Positions 17,844 to 29,976 of a stretch of 34,591 bases of DNA are shown here, one piece after another (position 1 is the first letter of the stretch; each line of letters begins with the position of its first letter). A program made the translations under genes and the position numbers. A model generated the notes under the pieces. That model was not told the origin of the DNA. It ran no database searches and saw nothing but the letters and a program-made list of their open reading frames with translations. Source of the DNA: Novosphingobium sp. (lineage in GTDB: Bacteria > Pseudomonadota > Alphaproteobacteria > Sphingomonadales > Sphingomonadaceae); contig DATLDS010000216.1 in the NCBI GenBank assembly GCA_035525735.1, forward strand, positions 1 to 34,591, given 5' to 3'.

Positions 17844-18525
17844 GCGCCCACACCGGCAGATGGTCCGAAGCCTTGGCGGCGAGCGCGCTGTGATGCACCC
17901 CGCAGGCCTCGACGCGCCATTCATGCGAGATCACGATGCGGTCGAGCGGCGCGACCGGGCGGCGCGAGGGGAAGCTGTGCCCGGCGCGCACCATCCGCCA
18001 GCCCTCGCCGAACTCGCGCAGCGCGCGCCCGTCGCGCGTCCAGTCGTTGAGGTCGCCCATCAGCACCGCGGGGCACGCTTCGCCGCACTCGCCGACGTGG
18101 CTGACGACGCTGCGCACCTGATGGTGGCGCCTGAGGCCCGAGATGTCGAGGTGCATCCCGACCACGCGCAGCGGGCTGCCCGCGACGCGCAAGTCGGCGC
18201 GCACCGCGCCGCGCGGCTCGAGCGTCGGCAGCGGCACCGCGCTCGCCGCGGCGACCTCGATCCCCTTGCGCACCAGCAGCGCGTTGCCGTGCCAGCCGAG
18301 CGATTGCGGGCGCTGCGCGACGGGCGCGGGACGATAGGGGGTATGCGCCTCGAGCCAGGCGAGCGGCAGCACGCTGGCGCGCGCGCCGAAACGCCGGTCG
18401 CACTCCTGGAGCGCGATCACGTCGGCGTCGATCTCGGCCAGCACGGCGAGGATGCGCTCGGGATCGCGGCGCCGGTCGAGACCGACCGCCTTGTGGATGT
18501 TGTAGCTTGCGACGGTGATCCGCAT
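17830..18525 (-). CDS. Endonuclease/exonuclease/phosphatase family protein
   Basis: ASYNIHK, DVIALQE, HGNALL, GDLND, LDRI, ASDHLPV. Confidence 0.92.
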   Translation of the reverse strand: MRITVASYNIHKAVGLDRRRDPERILAVLAEIDADVIALQECDRRFGARASVLPLAWLEAHTPYRPAPVAQRPQSLGWHGNALLVRKGIEVAAASAVPLPTLEPRGAVRADLRVAGSPLRVVGMHLDISGLRRHHQVRSVVSHVGECGEACPAVLMGDLNDWTRDGRALREFGEGWRMVRAGHSFPSRRPVAPLDRIVISHEWRVEACGVHHSALAAKASDHLPVWARLTL

Positions 18526-18539
18526 CCGTTGCGGAACGC

Positions 18540-19121
18540 TCAAAACTGGGTTTCGGGCGAGCTTTCGGGGCCCGCGATGTAGCGGTCGGTCGGCCGCGCC
18601 GGGAGTCCGTCGATCGAGCGGGTGCGACCCTGGAACTTCTCGACCCATTTCACCGGATCGGCCTGCGCGTGATACTTGGTCAGCGTCGCGCGCTCCTTCT
18701 CCAGCGTCATCACCGGAACGCCCCAGCCGCACGACGTCTGGACGCTGTGAACCACGACGTCGAAGATCTGGCGGGTGCCGGGAAGCAGCTCGAAGTGCGG
18801 CGCGAGCTCGGCCCACCCGGCGTCGGCGGGGAGCACCGGGCGGCCCGTTCCGTAAATCCTCAGGATCAATGCAGGCTGCTGGAAATTGCACATCATCACC
18901 GTGACGCGCCCGTCGGCGAGGAGGTGCGCGTGCGTCTCGTTGCCCGAGCCGCCGAGGTCGAGCCACGCTACCCGATTGGGCCCGAGCACGCGGAACGTGT
19001 CGAGGCCCTTGGGGCTGAGGTTGATCCGCGCGCCCTCGGCCGCGGTGGCGACGAAGAACACCGCCTGGCGGGCGATCATCGCGATGTGGTCGTCGGTCAG
19101 GTGGTCGGTGAAGTCGGCCAT
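18540..19121 (-). CDS. Pyridoxamine 5'-phosphate oxidase family (FMN-binding split barrel) protein
   Basis: FFVATAA...NLSPKG, LDLGGSGNET.AHL..DGR.T.M.C.F..P.ILR.YG, QTSCGWGVP. Confidence 0.88.
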   Translation of the reverse strand: MADFTDHLTDDHIAMIARQAVFFVATAAEGARINLSPKGLDTFRVLGPNRVAWLDLGGSGNETHAHLLADGRVTVMMCNFQQPALILRIYGTGRPVLPADAGWAELAPHFELLPGTRQIFDVVVHSVQTSCGWGVPVMTLEKERATLTKYHAQADPVKWVEKFQGRTRSIDGLPARPTDRYIAGPESSPETQF

Positions 19122-19987
19122 CAGAGGAACTCCCTCAATGTCGCGATGAAGCGCTCGAACTGGTCGTGGTGGAGCCAGTGGCCGGCGTTCTCGAACTCGA
19201 TCACCGAGGCGGTGCGGAAGAATTCCATCCGACCGTCCTTCTCGGGGTTCGAGGCCCAGCTGTTGGCGCCGTAAAGCAGCAGCGTCGGGCAGGCGATCGC
19301 CTCCCACACGGACTTGAGCTCTTCGTAGCCGGTCTCGATCGGCCAGTTGTTGAGGTGCGGATCGAACTTCCAGCTGAACGTGCCGTCCTCGTTGCGGTTG
19401 ACCCCGTGGATCGTCAGGTGGCGGGCCTGGTCGGCGGTGAGGTAGGTATTCTCCTCGCGCATCCGCGCCAGCGCGTCCTCGATCGTCGGGTACTTGCGCG
19501 GGGTGCGCGCGGCCGAGGCGCGCTTCTTCTCGATCCATTCGCGGATGCGCTCGGCGTAAGGCTTCGCGGCCATCGTGGCGAGCATCGCCGGGGAGGGGCC
19601 GAGCCCCTCGATCGCGACCAGCTTGCGGACCTGCTCGGGATAGATCCCGGCGTAGCGCAAGCTGACGTTGCCGCCCATCGAGTGCGCGACGATCGTCACC
19701 GGGGCGAGGCCGAGCTGGTGGACCAGCTGGGCGACGTCGTAGACCATGTCGCCGGCCGAATAGTTGCCGTCCGAGACCCACTCGCTGTCCCCGTGGCCGC
19801 GATGGTCGAGCGCGATCACGTGCCACTCGTCGCGCAGCGCCTGCGCGGTCCAGTCCCAGTTGTGCGCGTGGTCGCGCCCGCCGTGGACCAGCAGCAGCGG
19901 CGGCTTGTCGAGGTTGCCCCAGTCGAGATAGTGCAGCCGCAGCCGCTGCGAGATGAAAGTGCGCGAGACCGGGCCGATCATGTCCAT
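19121..19987 (-). CDS. Alpha/beta-fold hydrolase
   Basis: LLVHGG, DHRGHGDS, AHSMGG nucleophile elbow, AGHWLHHDQ; GGGGG RBS before ATG 19987. Confidence 0.92.
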   Translation of the reverse strand: MDMIGPVSRTFISQRLRLHYLDWGNLDKPPLLLVHGGRDHAHNWDWTAQALRDEWHVIALDHRGHGDSEWVSDGNYSAGDMVYDVAQLVHQLGLAPVTIVAHSMGGNVSLRYAGIYPEQVRKLVAIEGLGPSPAMLATMAAKPYAERIREWIEKKRASAARTPRKYPTIEDALARMREENTYLTADQARHLTIHGVNRNEDGTFSWKFDPHLNNWPIETGYEELKSVWEAIACPTLLLYGANSWASNPEKDGRMEFFRTASVIEFENAGHWLHHDQFERFIATLREFL

Positions 19988-19996
19988 GCTTTCCCC

Positions 19997-20079
19997 CGTC
20001 ATCCCGGCCTCGAGCCGGGATCGCTGTCGGCCGGGCCGGACCTAAAGGCCAGCGGTCCCGGGTCAAGCCCGGGAGGACG
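19997..20079. repeat. REPIN: two inverted CGTC-type REP units
   Basis: Left arm CGTCATCCCGGCCTCGAGCCGGGATCGCTG; right arm on the minus strand CGTCCTCCCGGGCTTGACCCGGGACCGCTG; each has an internal palindrome. Confidence 0.8.
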
Positions 20080-20081
20080 AT

Positions 20082-21614
<1,533 letters not shown>

Positions 21615-21655
21615 GAGCGGGCGCGCTTAGCCGCGCGGTGCGGCCGCGTCGAGCG

Positions 21656-22294
21656 CTAGCGGCCCAGCCCGTCGCGGATCAGCGCGTTGGCGATGGCAGC
21701 AACCTCGTCCAGCGGGCGGTTCCCGTCCTGGACCCCGAAGCGCAGGCCCAGGAACACGTTCATCCCCATGATCGCCCAGCCATGGACCTCGTCGATCGGC
21801 CCCGCGACCTCGCCGCGCGTTTCGCCCTCGTGCAAGCGCTCGACGATCCGTTGCGCCGTCGTCGCGTAGTGCTGGCGCCATTCGGTCGGGGCGACGAACT
21901 CGGCCTCGTCGATGATCCGGTAGATTTCCTTGTGCTCGCGGGCGAACGCGAGGAACGCGGCGAGCGCGCTGCGTTCGCGCGAAATCGCGTCGTCGGCGCC
22001 GGCCAGGTGCGGCGCGACCACCACCCGGACCCGCTCCGACATGTCGCGGACCAGCGCGCGGAACAGCGCGTCCTTCGATTCGAAGTATGTGTAGAAGCTA
22101 CCCAGCGCGATGCCCGCGCGCGCGGTGATCGACACGATCGAGCTGTCGTGAAAGCCCTTCTCGCCGAACTCGAGCGCCGCCGCGTCGAGCAGCGCGCGCT
22201 GGGTTCGCCGGCCGCGCTCGGTGCGCGGGGTCTTGCCGCCGTCGGCGCCGACGGTTTCCGCCCCCACTGTTGCCGAACGGCCACGCTCCGCCAC
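21656..22294 (-). CDS. TetR/AcrR family transcriptional regulator
   Basis: LLDAA..EFGEKGFHDSSIV.IT.RAGIALGSFYTYF.SK HTH; GTG start with GGAGG RBS. Confidence 0.92.
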   Translation of the reverse strand: MAERGRSATVGAETVGADGGKTPRTERGRRTQRALLDAAALEFGEKGFHDSSIVSITARAGIALGSFYTYFESKDALFRALVRDMSERVRVVVAPHLAGADDAISRERSALAAFLAFAREHKEIYRIIDEAEFVAPTEWRQHYATTAQRIVERLHEGETRGEVAGPIDEVHGWAIMGMNVFLGLRFGVQDGNRPLDEVAAIANALIRDGLGR

Positions 22295-22321
22295 GCTTAA
22301 TTTCCTCCCCGCGCACAAACC

Positions 22322-22343
22322 AAGTTGAAACATGGTTCGACTT
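22322..22343. promoter_or_regulatory. Putative TetR operator
   Basis: Imperfect palindrome AAGTTGAAAC-AT-GGTTCGACTT (8/10 arm match) between the divergent tetR and TBDR genes. Confidence 0.55.
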
Positions 22344-22411
22344 TCAGCATAACGCGTTTTGAAGGGCTGGCAACCGGCCCGATCAATCGACGCCAGGGAG
22401 AGGGTTTCGTC

Positions 22412-24787
22412 ATGACCACCGGGATTTCGTTCGCACGCGCGCTGCTTCTGTCGGGGCTCGCCGCGGGCGCGTTCGCCGCGCAGCCCGCGTTGGCGCAGGA
22501 TGCCACAGCCGATGCAAGCCCCGAGGCGGAAGCCGAGGAAGCGACCGGCGGCGAGATCATCGTCACCGCGCGTCGCCGCGAAGAATCATTGATCGACGTG
22601 CCGATCGCGATCACCGCAATCGGCGGCGAGCAGCTTGAGCGCGCGGGCGCGATCGACATCACCGAGGTCGCCAATTTCGCCCCCAACGTCACGCTTGAGC
22701 CGAGCCGCGCGACCAACTCGACGCTCAGCGCGTTCATCCGCGGCGTCGGCCAGCAGGATCCGGTCGCCGGGTTCGAGCAGGGCGTCGGCATCTACCTCGA
22801 CGACGTCTACCTCAACCGCCCGCAAGCCGCGGTCCTCGACATCTACGACGTCGAGCGGATCGAGGTGCTGCGCGGGCCGCAGGGCACGCTGTACGGCCGC
22901 AACACCGTCGGCGGCGCGGTCAAGTACGTCACCCGTCGCCTCGCCGACCGGCCGACGGTCTCGGCGCGCGCGACTTACGGCGAATACGATCAGGCCGACG
23001 GCGTGCTTACCGTCGGGCTGCCGGTCGGCGACGGCACGCTGCGCTTCGGCGGATCGATCGCGCGGCTGACCCGCGACGGCTTCGGCAAGAACCTGACCAC
23101 CGGCGAGGACAACTACGACAAGGACGTGTGGGGCGGCCGCGTGTCGGCCGAAGTCCACGCCGACAACTTCTTCGCCCGGCTCGCCGGCGACTACACCCGC
23201 GACAACTCGAACCCGCGCGGCGGCCACCGGCTGATCCCCAGCCAGTTCACCAACGCGCCGGTGCTCGACGACGTCTACGACACCCGCGGCGGCCTCGCCG
23301 ATCCCAAGCAGAAGGTCACCTCGTACGGTGCCGCGCTGTTCATGGAAGGCAATCCCAGCGACATCGTCACGCTGCGCTCGATCACCTCGTGGCGCCGCGA
23401 CCGCTCGAGCACCCCGATCGACTTCGACGCGCTGCCCACCGTCGACGTCGACGTGCCCGGCCGTTACCGGAACCGCCAGGTCAGCCAGGAGCTGCAAGTG
23501 CTGGTCGACACCGGGCGCTTCAACGGGCTGCTCGGCGGCTACTACCTCGACGCCAAGGCGGTCACCCCGTTCGACGTGCGCCTGTTCACCACGCTCGCCG
23601 GCTTCACCGCGTTCACCAACGCCGACGTGCGGACCAACACGCTCGCCGGCTTCGCCGACCTCACGTACGACCTCACCGACCAGCTCAGCCTTTCGGCGGG
23701 CGGCCGCTACACCTGGGACGAGCGCCGCGCCAATATCCTGCGCCAAAGCTATCTCGGCGGCGGTTCGCCCGAATTCGGCGGCGCGGGCATCCCGGTCGGC
23801 GCGCCGAGCACCAACTTCAAGGGCAAGCGCAGCTTCACCAAGTTCACCCCGCGCGCCTCGGTCAGCTTCAAGCCGACGCCCGACCACAACATCTACGCAA
23901 GCTATTCGCAGGGTTTCAAGGGCGGCGGTTTCGACCCGCGCGGGGTCGGCACCAACGCCCCCGACCTCAACGCCAACGGCATCCGCGAGGATTCCGAAGT
24001 CGCCGCGTTCCTCAGCTTCGCGCCCGAGAAGGTCGACAGCTACGAGGTCGGCTACAAGGGCTCGCTGCTCGACCGCCGGCTGCTGGTCGCGCTCGCGGCG
24101 TTCCGCGCCGACTACAGCGACGTCCAGATCCCCGGCTCCTCGGCCTGCACCGTGCTGGTGGGCGGCGTGCCGACCACTTCGTTCTGCGGCGTGGTCACCA
24201 ATGCGGGCAAGGCGCGCTTCACCGGCTTCGAGGCCGAGCTCAACGGCCGCGCCGGCGAGGACATGCTGCGAGACGGCGATACGCTGCGGTTCAATGCCGC
24301 GGTCGGCTACATCGACGCCGAGTTCCGCGAATACATCACCAACATCGCCAGCAAGCCGACCGACGTCGCCGACTTCCGTCAGGTCCAGAACACGCCGAAG
24401 TGGACCTTCAGCCAGTCGACGACGTACTCGACGCCGATCGGCGCGGGCGACCTCGACCTCACCCAGACCATCGCCTACCGCTCGAAGACCTACCAGTTCG
24501 AGGTCCCCAACCCGTTCATCGACCAAGAGGGGTATGCGATCCTCGACGCATCGGTGGTCTATCGCGCGCCGGGCAATCGCTGGAGCCTGGGGCTCTACGG
24601 CAAGAACCTGACCGACAAGCAGTACAAGACCAGCGGCTACAACTTCATGAGCGCCGACCCGACGACCGGGGTGCTCGTGCGCCGACCCAACGGCACGCTG
24701 ATTCCCGCGCTCGGCAGGGAAGGCGTGCTCACCGCGTTCTACGGCGCGCCGCGCCAAATCTTCGTCACCGCGACGTTCAAGTACTGA
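22412..24787 (+). CDS. TonB-dependent receptor
   Basis: Signal peptide, EIIVTARRREESL.DVP, RIEVLRGPQGTLYGRN, KNLTDK, terminal aromatic residue. Confidence 0.95.
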   Translation: MTTGISFARALLLSGLAAGAFAAQPALAQDATADASPEAEAEEATGGEIIVTARRREESLIDVPIAITAIGGEQLERAGAIDITEVANFAPNVTLEPSRATNSTLSAFIRGVGQQDPVAGFEQGVGIYLDDVYLNRPQAAVLDIYDVERIEVLRGPQGTLYGRNTVGGAVKYVTRRLADRPTVSARATYGEYDQADGVLTVGLPVGDGTLRFGGSIARLTRDGFGKNLTTGEDNYDKDVWGGRVSAEVHADNFFARLAGDYTRDNSNPRGGHRLIPSQFTNAPVLDDVYDTRGGLADPKQKVTSYGAALFMEGNPSDIVTLRSITSWRRDRSSTPIDFDALPTVDVDVPGRYRNRQVSQELQVLVDTGRFNGLLGGYYLDAKAVTPFDVRLFTTLAGFTAFTNADVRTNTLAGFADLTYDLTDQLSLSAGGRYTWDERRANILRQSYLGGGSPEFGGAGIPVGAPSTNFKGKRSFTKFTPRASVSFKPTPDHNIYASYSQGFKGGGFDPRGVGTNAPDLNANGIREDSEVAAFLSFAPEKVDSYEVGYKGSLLDRRLLVALAAFRADYSDVQIPGSSACTVLVGGVPTTSFCGVVTNAGKARFTGFEAELNGRAGEDMLRDGDTLRFNAAVGYIDAEFREYITNIASKPTDVADFRQVQNTPKWTFSQSTTYSTPIGAGDLDLTQTIAYRSKTYQFEVPNPFIDQEGYAILDASVVYRAPGNRWSLGLYGKNLTDKQYKTSGYNFMSADPTTGVLVRRPNGTLIPALGREGVLTAFYGAPRQIFVTATFKY

Positions 24788-24903
24788 GCGTTCGCCGGGG
24801 TTAACCCGAATTTAGAAGCGCCCGCCCCATCCTGTGCCGAGTTTCGGACGGGATGGGGACGTGCGATGAGGATGCCGATCGCAACGCCGGCGGCGAGCGC
24901 CCG

Positions 24904-25494
24904 ATGATCTCCTCGTGGCCGCTCCCGATGCTCGGCTTCGGCGTGGCCGCGGCGGCGGTGGTGTGGGCCCAGGCGCCCGACGCGCCGACTTATGCCGTGC
25001 CGCTGCGCGAGGCGCGGCTGCTGCTTCACGCCACCGAGCTGCCCGAGGGCGTGTACGGAACCATGCCGAGCGCCTCGCCGGCGATGGCGATGTCCGACGG
25101 CACGCTGGTGTGGAAGCTGAGGGTCGGAAGCGACGAGGTGCTGCGCTACACCGCGACGCTGACCCCGGTCGACGACGGGCACACGCGGGTCGCGCTGGCG
25201 CTCACCGCGCCGCCAGACGGCAAGCTCGCGGCGCGGACCCGCGCCGGGCTCGACAGCCATCCGCAGATCAGGACTTTCTATCTCGCGGCCTTGGCAGAGC
25301 AGGTCGCCGCGACGCTCGAGAAGCGTCCTTACCGTTACGAGGCGATCATGCCGGCGATGGGCGTCGCGATGATGAGCAGCATGGGCGAGATGTCCGCGCA
25401 GATGGACCGCGCGGCAGCCGAGCTCGATGCCGACGAGTCGCCCGTCGGCGAGTTCGGCGAGGAGATCGATCCCGGCGAAGGATCGTTCGACTAG
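24904..25494 (+). CDS. Hypothetical exported/membrane protein
   Basis: Hydrophobic N-terminus and plausible composition; start uncertain (24853, 24904 or later). Confidence 0.65.
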   Translation: MISSWPLPMLGFGVAAAAVVWAQAPDAPTYAVPLREARLLLHATELPEGVYGTMPSASPAMAMSDGTLVWKLRVGSDEVLRYTATLTPVDDGHTRVALALTAPPDGKLAARTRAGLDSHPQIRTFYLAALAEQVAATLEKRPYRYEAIMPAMGVAMMSSMGEMSAQMDRAAAELDADESPVGEFGEEIDPGEGSFD

Positions 25495-27872
25495 CTTCTC
25501 AACGCGGCGCCGAGCTTCGCCGCCGCGGCGACGATCCGCTCGGCGATGGCCTTGAGCTCGCCTTCGCCATAGCTTTTCTCGCCGGGCTGGAGCGTGACCT
25601 CGACCGCCAGCGACTTGCACCCCTCGGGCACCCCCGTGCCCTCGAACACGTCGAACACCCGCGCCGCGACGATGTTGGCCTTGTCCGCGCCCCTGACCGC
25701 GCGGACGAGCTCGCCCGCGGCCAGCTCGCGCGGCACGAGGAACGCGAAATCGCGCGTCACCGCCTGGAGCGGGGGCGGCGTGTAGGCCGCGCGCGCGAAA
25801 CCGGCCGCGCCCCTGCGCGAAGGAATCGCATCGAGAAACAGCTCGGCGGCGACGAGCGGCGCGTCGATGTCGAACGCGCGCGCGATTCCCGGGTGAATCA
25901 CCCCGAATCGCGCGAGCACCGTTTTGGGCCCGAGCCGCAGCGTCGCCGACTGGCCCGGATGGAACTCGCCACCCGCTTCTCCGGTCACCTGGAGGCTGGC
26001 CACCGGCGCGCCCGCCTCGGCGAGCAACGCGAGCGCCTCGGCCTTGGCGTCGAAGGCGTCGAACGGCGCCGCCTTGCCGCTGTTCCAGCCTCGCGACGTT
26101 CGGTCGCCGGCCATCACAAGTCCGGTCGTGAGCGGTTCGTGGTCGGCCAGATACCGTCTTCCGATCTCGAACAAGCGCACCGAGGCCGCGCCGCGATCGA
26201 GGTTGCGCCGCGCCGCGGCGAGCAGTCCGGGGAGCAGCGACGGCCGCATCACCTTCCTGTCCTCGCTGATCGGGTTGGCCAGGCTCCACGCCCCGCCGCC
26301 GAATGCGGCGGCCTCGCGCTCGGGCAGGAACGACCAGGTCACCGCCTCGACCAGCCCGCGCGCCGCAGCCGCGCGCCGCACCCGCCGCTCGAACGCTTGC
26401 AGCGGCGTCGCGGTCGGCCGCGCGACGCCGTCAGTGCGCGAAAGCGGCGTCGATTCGACGCGATCCAGCCCGTGAATCCGGACGACTTCCTCGACCAGGT
26501 CGGCCGCGCCGTCGATGTCGGGGCGCCACCCGGGAACGCTCACCACCCACTCGTCGCCCGCGGCGATCGTGTCGAAGCCGAGCCCGGCGAGAATCGCCTG
26601 TTGCTTGGCCGGCGGCACCGCTATCCCGCCCAGCCGCGCGCACAGCGCGGGATCGTAATGCACGGTTTTATCCGCCGCGGGGGGCGCTCCCGCACGAACG
26701 ACCTCGGACGTCTCGCCGCCGCAGATCTCGACGATCAGCCGGGTCAGCAGCTCGAGTCCGGGATCGAGGAAGCCCGGATCGACCCCGCGCTCGAACCGAG
26801 CGCGCGCGTCCGAGGTCAGCGCGAGCGCCTGGCCCGTCCGCGCGATCCGCGCGGGGTCGAAATAGGCGACTTCGAGCAGCACGTCGGTGGTGCCCTCGCT
26901 CACCCCCGAGTGCTCGCCGCCCATGATCCCGGCGATGTCGTGGACCTCGCGCTCGTCGGCGATCACCGTCATCTCGTGGTCGAGCAGGTAGTGCTTGCCG
27001 TTTAGCGCGGTCACCCCTTCGCCGTCGCGCGCGCGCCGCGCGACCACCACGCCCGAAAGCCTGGCGAGGTCGTACGCATGCGCGGGCCGGCCGTAGGCGA
27101 GCATGACGTAGTTGGTGAGGTCGACCAGCGCCGAGATCGGCCGCTGCCCCGCGCTCTTGAGCCGCGCCTGGAGCCACGCGGGGCTCGGGCCGTTGCGCAC
27201 GCCGCGGATGGTCCGGCCATAGAACGCGGGGCAACCCTCGGGATCATCGGTGCGGATTTCGACCGGGCAGGGAAACGCGCCGGCGACGGGATCGACACCG
27301 CTCGGCTTGAGCGTTCCCAGTCCCGCCGCCGCAAGATCGCGCGCGATCCCGTGAACGCCCATGCAATCGGGCCGGTTGGGGGTGACCGCGACGTCGAACA
27401 CCGGGTCGTCGAGCTTGGCGAAATCGGCGAAGCTCGTCCCCACCGGTGTGTCGGCGGGCAGCTCGATGATTCCGTCGTGCTCGTCGCCGAGCTCGAGCTC
27501 GCGCACCGAGCACATCATCCCGTTCGATTCGACCCCGCGGATCGCGGCCTTCTTCAGCTCCATCCCGCTCGCCGGAACCACCGCGCCGGGCGAGCCGAGC
27601 ACGCCGACCAGTCCCGCGCGCGCGTTGGGCGCGCCGCACACGACCTGGAGCGGAACCCCGTCGCCCTGGTCGACGGTCAGAACCTGCAGCTTGTCGGCCT
27701 GCGGGTGCGGCGCTGCGGTGAGCACGCGCGCGACGGTGAACCCCGCGAACCGCTCGGCCGGATTGTCGAGGCCTTCGACCTCGAGCCCGAGTCCGTTGAG
27801 CTTGGCCGCGATCTCGGCCGCGCTCGCGTCGGTTTCGAGGTGGTCCTGAAGCCACGACAGCGAGAATTTCAT
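25491..27872 (-). CDS. pheT: Phenylalanine--tRNA ligase beta subunit
   Basis: [51 protein letters not shown]. Confidence 0.98.
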   Translation of the reverse strand: MKFSLSWLQDHLETDASAAEIAAKLNGLGLEVEGLDNPAERFAGFTVARVLTAAPHPQADKLQVLTVDQGDGVPLQVVCGAPNARAGLVGVLGSPGAVVPASGMELKKAAIRGVESNGMMCSVRELELGDEHDGIIELPADTPVGTSFADFAKLDDPVFDVAVTPNRPDCMGVHGIARDLAAAGLGTLKPSGVDPVAGAFPCPVEIRTDDPEGCPAFYGRTIRGVRNGPSPAWLQARLKSAGQRPISALVDLTNYVMLAYGRPAHAYDLARLSGVVVARRARDGEGVTALNGKHYLLDHEMTVIADEREVHDIAGIMGGEHSGVSEGTTDVLLEVAYFDPARIARTGQALALTSDARARFERGVDPGFLDPGLELLTRLIVEICGGETSEVVRAGAPPAADKTVHYDPALCARLGGIAVPPAKQQAILAGLGFDTIAAGDEWVVSVPGWRPDIDGAADLVEEVVRIHGLDRVESTPLSRTDGVARPTATPLQAFERRVRRAAAARGLVEAVTWSFLPEREAAAFGGGAWSLANPISEDRKVMRPSLLPGLLAAARRNLDRGAASVRLFEIGRRYLADHEPLTTGLVMAGDRTSRGWNSGKAAPFDAFDAKAEALALLAEAGAPVASLQVTGEAGGEFHPGQSATLRLGPKTVLARFGVIHPGIARAFDIDAPLVAAELFLDAIPSRRGAAGFARAAYTPPPLQAVTRDFAFLVPRELAAGELVRAVRGADKANIVAARVFDVFEGTGVPEGCKSLAVEVTLQPGEKSYGEGELKAIAERIVAAAAKLGAALRS

Positions 27873-28975
27873 GCTCGCGTCCCCACCCCTGCGGACAGCG
27901 TCGGCACGTCGAACGCGGAAAAGCCGTAGTGCTCGAGCCAGCGCAAGTCGCCGTCGAAGAACTGGCGCAAGTCGTCCATCCCGTACTTGAGCATCGCCAG
28001 CCGATCGACCCCGACGCCGAACGCGAAGCCCTGCCACTCGGCCGGGTCGAGCCCGCAGGACTCGAGCACCCGCGGGTTGACCATCCCGCTGCCGAGCAGC
28101 TCCATCCAGCCGTGGCCGGGAGCGTCGCCGTCGCCGCCGAGCACGCGACGCCCGCCGACTTCCTCGAAGCCGACATCGGCCTCGACCGACGGCTCGGTGA
28201 ACGGGAAGTAGCTCGGGCGCAGCCGCAGGACGATGTCGTCGCGCTCGAAGAACGCCTTGAGGAACGTCTCGAGCGTCCATTTGAGATGGCCGAGGTGGAT
28301 GCCCTTGTCGATCACCAGCCCTTCGATCTGGTGGAACATCGGGGTGTGAGTCGCATCACTGTCGCTGCGATAGACGCGCCCCGGGGCGATGATTCGCACC
28401 GGTGCGCCTTGCGCCATCATCGAGCGGATCTGCACCGGCGAGGTATGCGTGCGCAGCAGCATCCGCCGGCCTTCCGCCGTCGCCATCTGGTTGGGGAAAT
28501 AGAACGTGTCGTGCATCGCCCGCGCCGGATGCGTCTCGGGCATGTTGAGCGCGGTGAAGTTGTGCCAGTCGTCCTCGATCTCGGGTCCGGTGGCGACCGC
28601 GAAGCCCAAGTCGGCGAAGATCTCGGCGAGCTCGTCCATCACTTGGCTGACCGGGTGGATGCGGCCTTGCGGCGCTTCGGGAGCGGGCAGCGTGAGGTCG
28701 ATCGTCTCGCCCGCGAGCCGCGCCTCGAGCGCGGCGCCTTCGAGCGCGGCCTTGCGCTCGCCAAGCGCGGCGGTGACCGCCTCGCGCAAGGCGTGGATGC
28801 GCGGCCCCTCGGCCTGGCGCTGCTCGGGGCTCATCGCGCCGAGCGTCTTGAGCAGCGCCGAGACGCTGCCCTGCTTTCCGAGATACTCGACCCGCAGCGC
28901 CTCGACCGCCGCGGGATCGGCCGCCGCCGCGATTCGCGCGTGCGCATCTGCGCTGAGGGTTTCCAGGTCGCTCAT
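27869..28975 (-). CDS. pheS: Phenylalanine--tRNA ligase alpha subunit
   Basis: [53 protein letters not shown]. Confidence 0.98.
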   Translation of the reverse strand: MSDLETLSADAHARIAAAADPAAVEALRVEYLGKQGSVSALLKTLGAMSPEQRQAEGPRIHALREAVTAALGERKAALEGAALEARLAGETIDLTLPAPEAPQGRIHPVSQVMDELAEIFADLGFAVATGPEIEDDWHNFTALNMPETHPARAMHDTFYFPNQMATAEGRRMLLRTHTSPVQIRSMMAQGAPVRIIAPGRVYRSDSDATHTPMFHQIEGLVIDKGIHLGHLKWTLETFLKAFFERDDIVLRLRPSYFPFTEPSVEADVGFEEVGGRRVLGGDGDAPGHGWMELLGSGMVNPRVLESCGLDPAEWQGFAFGVGVDRLAMLKYGMDDLRQFFDGDLRWLEHYGFSAFDVPTLSAGVGTRA

Positions 28976-28989
28976 GCCAGCCCTTTAGC

Positions 28990-29880
28990 TCAATCCGCGT
29001 AGCGCGCCACCGTGGGCAGGTCGATCGGCTCGAGCGCGCCGGCGTCGGTCATGCGCTGGCGCATGATCGGGTTGAGGATGGGGTGCGGCAGCGCCGCGTA
29101 CTGGCGCGGGCTGAGCCCCATGAAGTTGCGGAAGTCGCGGACGAACTGGGCCTGGTCGTGATATTGCCCGTCGAGCGCGCCCGACCAATTGCGCTGCGGA
29201 TCGAGCATGAATTGCGCGAGGCTGCGCAGGAAGCGCTGGCGCCGCAGCAGCAGCTGGGGCGAGAACCCGAAGTAGCGCCGGGTCAGCCGCTCGAGCGAGT
29301 GGAGCGGCAGATCGAGCCGGTCGCGAAGCGCGGCGACGGTCGAGATCTCGGGGTCGAGCACCGCGGCGTGGCACGCGGCGATCTGAGCTTCGTGCGGCAC
29401 CGGCAGCTCGATCAGCGTCATCAGATGCGCGTCGATCCGCGCGGCTTCGGCCGCGGGATCGCTCGCTCTGTCGAAGATCCGCCCGGCCAGCGGCGCGAAG
29501 TGGACGAAGGCGGGATGCGCGGTGCCGTCGACGGTGACGTTGGCGAGCGTGTGCGCGGGCGCGGGGACGAACTTGGCCCATCCCGCCGGTTGCAGTCCGA
29601 TCCCCCAAATCCGCGAGGTCTCGACCCCGAAGTGGATCGTCTTGCTGGTCGGCCCGTTGGCGACGAACGGCCATTGCGGGACCAGCGGCCCGGGCCCGAC
29701 ACTGGCCACCGGCGGCGTCCCCTGGGTGAAGCGCAGCGCGGCCCATTCGGGATGGAGATAGTCGTCGACCAGGCTGCCCGGCGGCGTCTCGATCTCGGTC
29801 AGGTAGAACGCGGTGAAATAGGCTTGCAGCGGCGCGGACGGCCGGAAGAAATGCACCGTGATCGTGCTCTCGGCTGCCAT
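28990..29880 (-). CDS. AraC family transcriptional regulator
   Basis: LERLTRRYFGFSPQLLLRRQRF...YHDQAQFVRDFRNFMGLSP. Confidence 0.9.
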   Translation of the reverse strand: MAAESTITVHFFRPSAPLQAYFTAFYLTEIETPPGSLVDDYLHPEWAALRFTQGTPPVASVGPGPLVPQWPFVANGPTSKTIHFGVETSRIWGIGLQPAGWAKFVPAPAHTLANVTVDGTAHPAFVHFAPLAGRIFDRASDPAAEAARIDAHLMTLIELPVPHEAQIAACHAAVLDPEISTVAALRDRLDLPLHSLERLTRRYFGFSPQLLLRRQRFLRSLAQFMLDPQRNWSGALDGQYHDQAQFVRDFRNFMGLSPRQYAALPHPILNPIMRQRMTDAGALEPIDLPTVARYAD

Positions 29881-29976
29881 CGCGCGACCCGTCCGTTGCC
29901 CCGAAAGCGCGGCGCGCCCCCCGGCGCCCGATCTCCCGTCACCGCATAGGGGCGAAATGCCCCCGCTATCAAGTTC

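Noticed and set aside
15888..17924. 678-aa GlnK-AmtB fusion
   Set aside because: glnK is in a different frame with its own stop; amtB has its own RBS and signal-like start at 17297.
22586..27005. Long shadow ORFs over the second TBDR and pheT
   Set aside because: Low-complexity Arg/Ala/Gly translations with no motifs.
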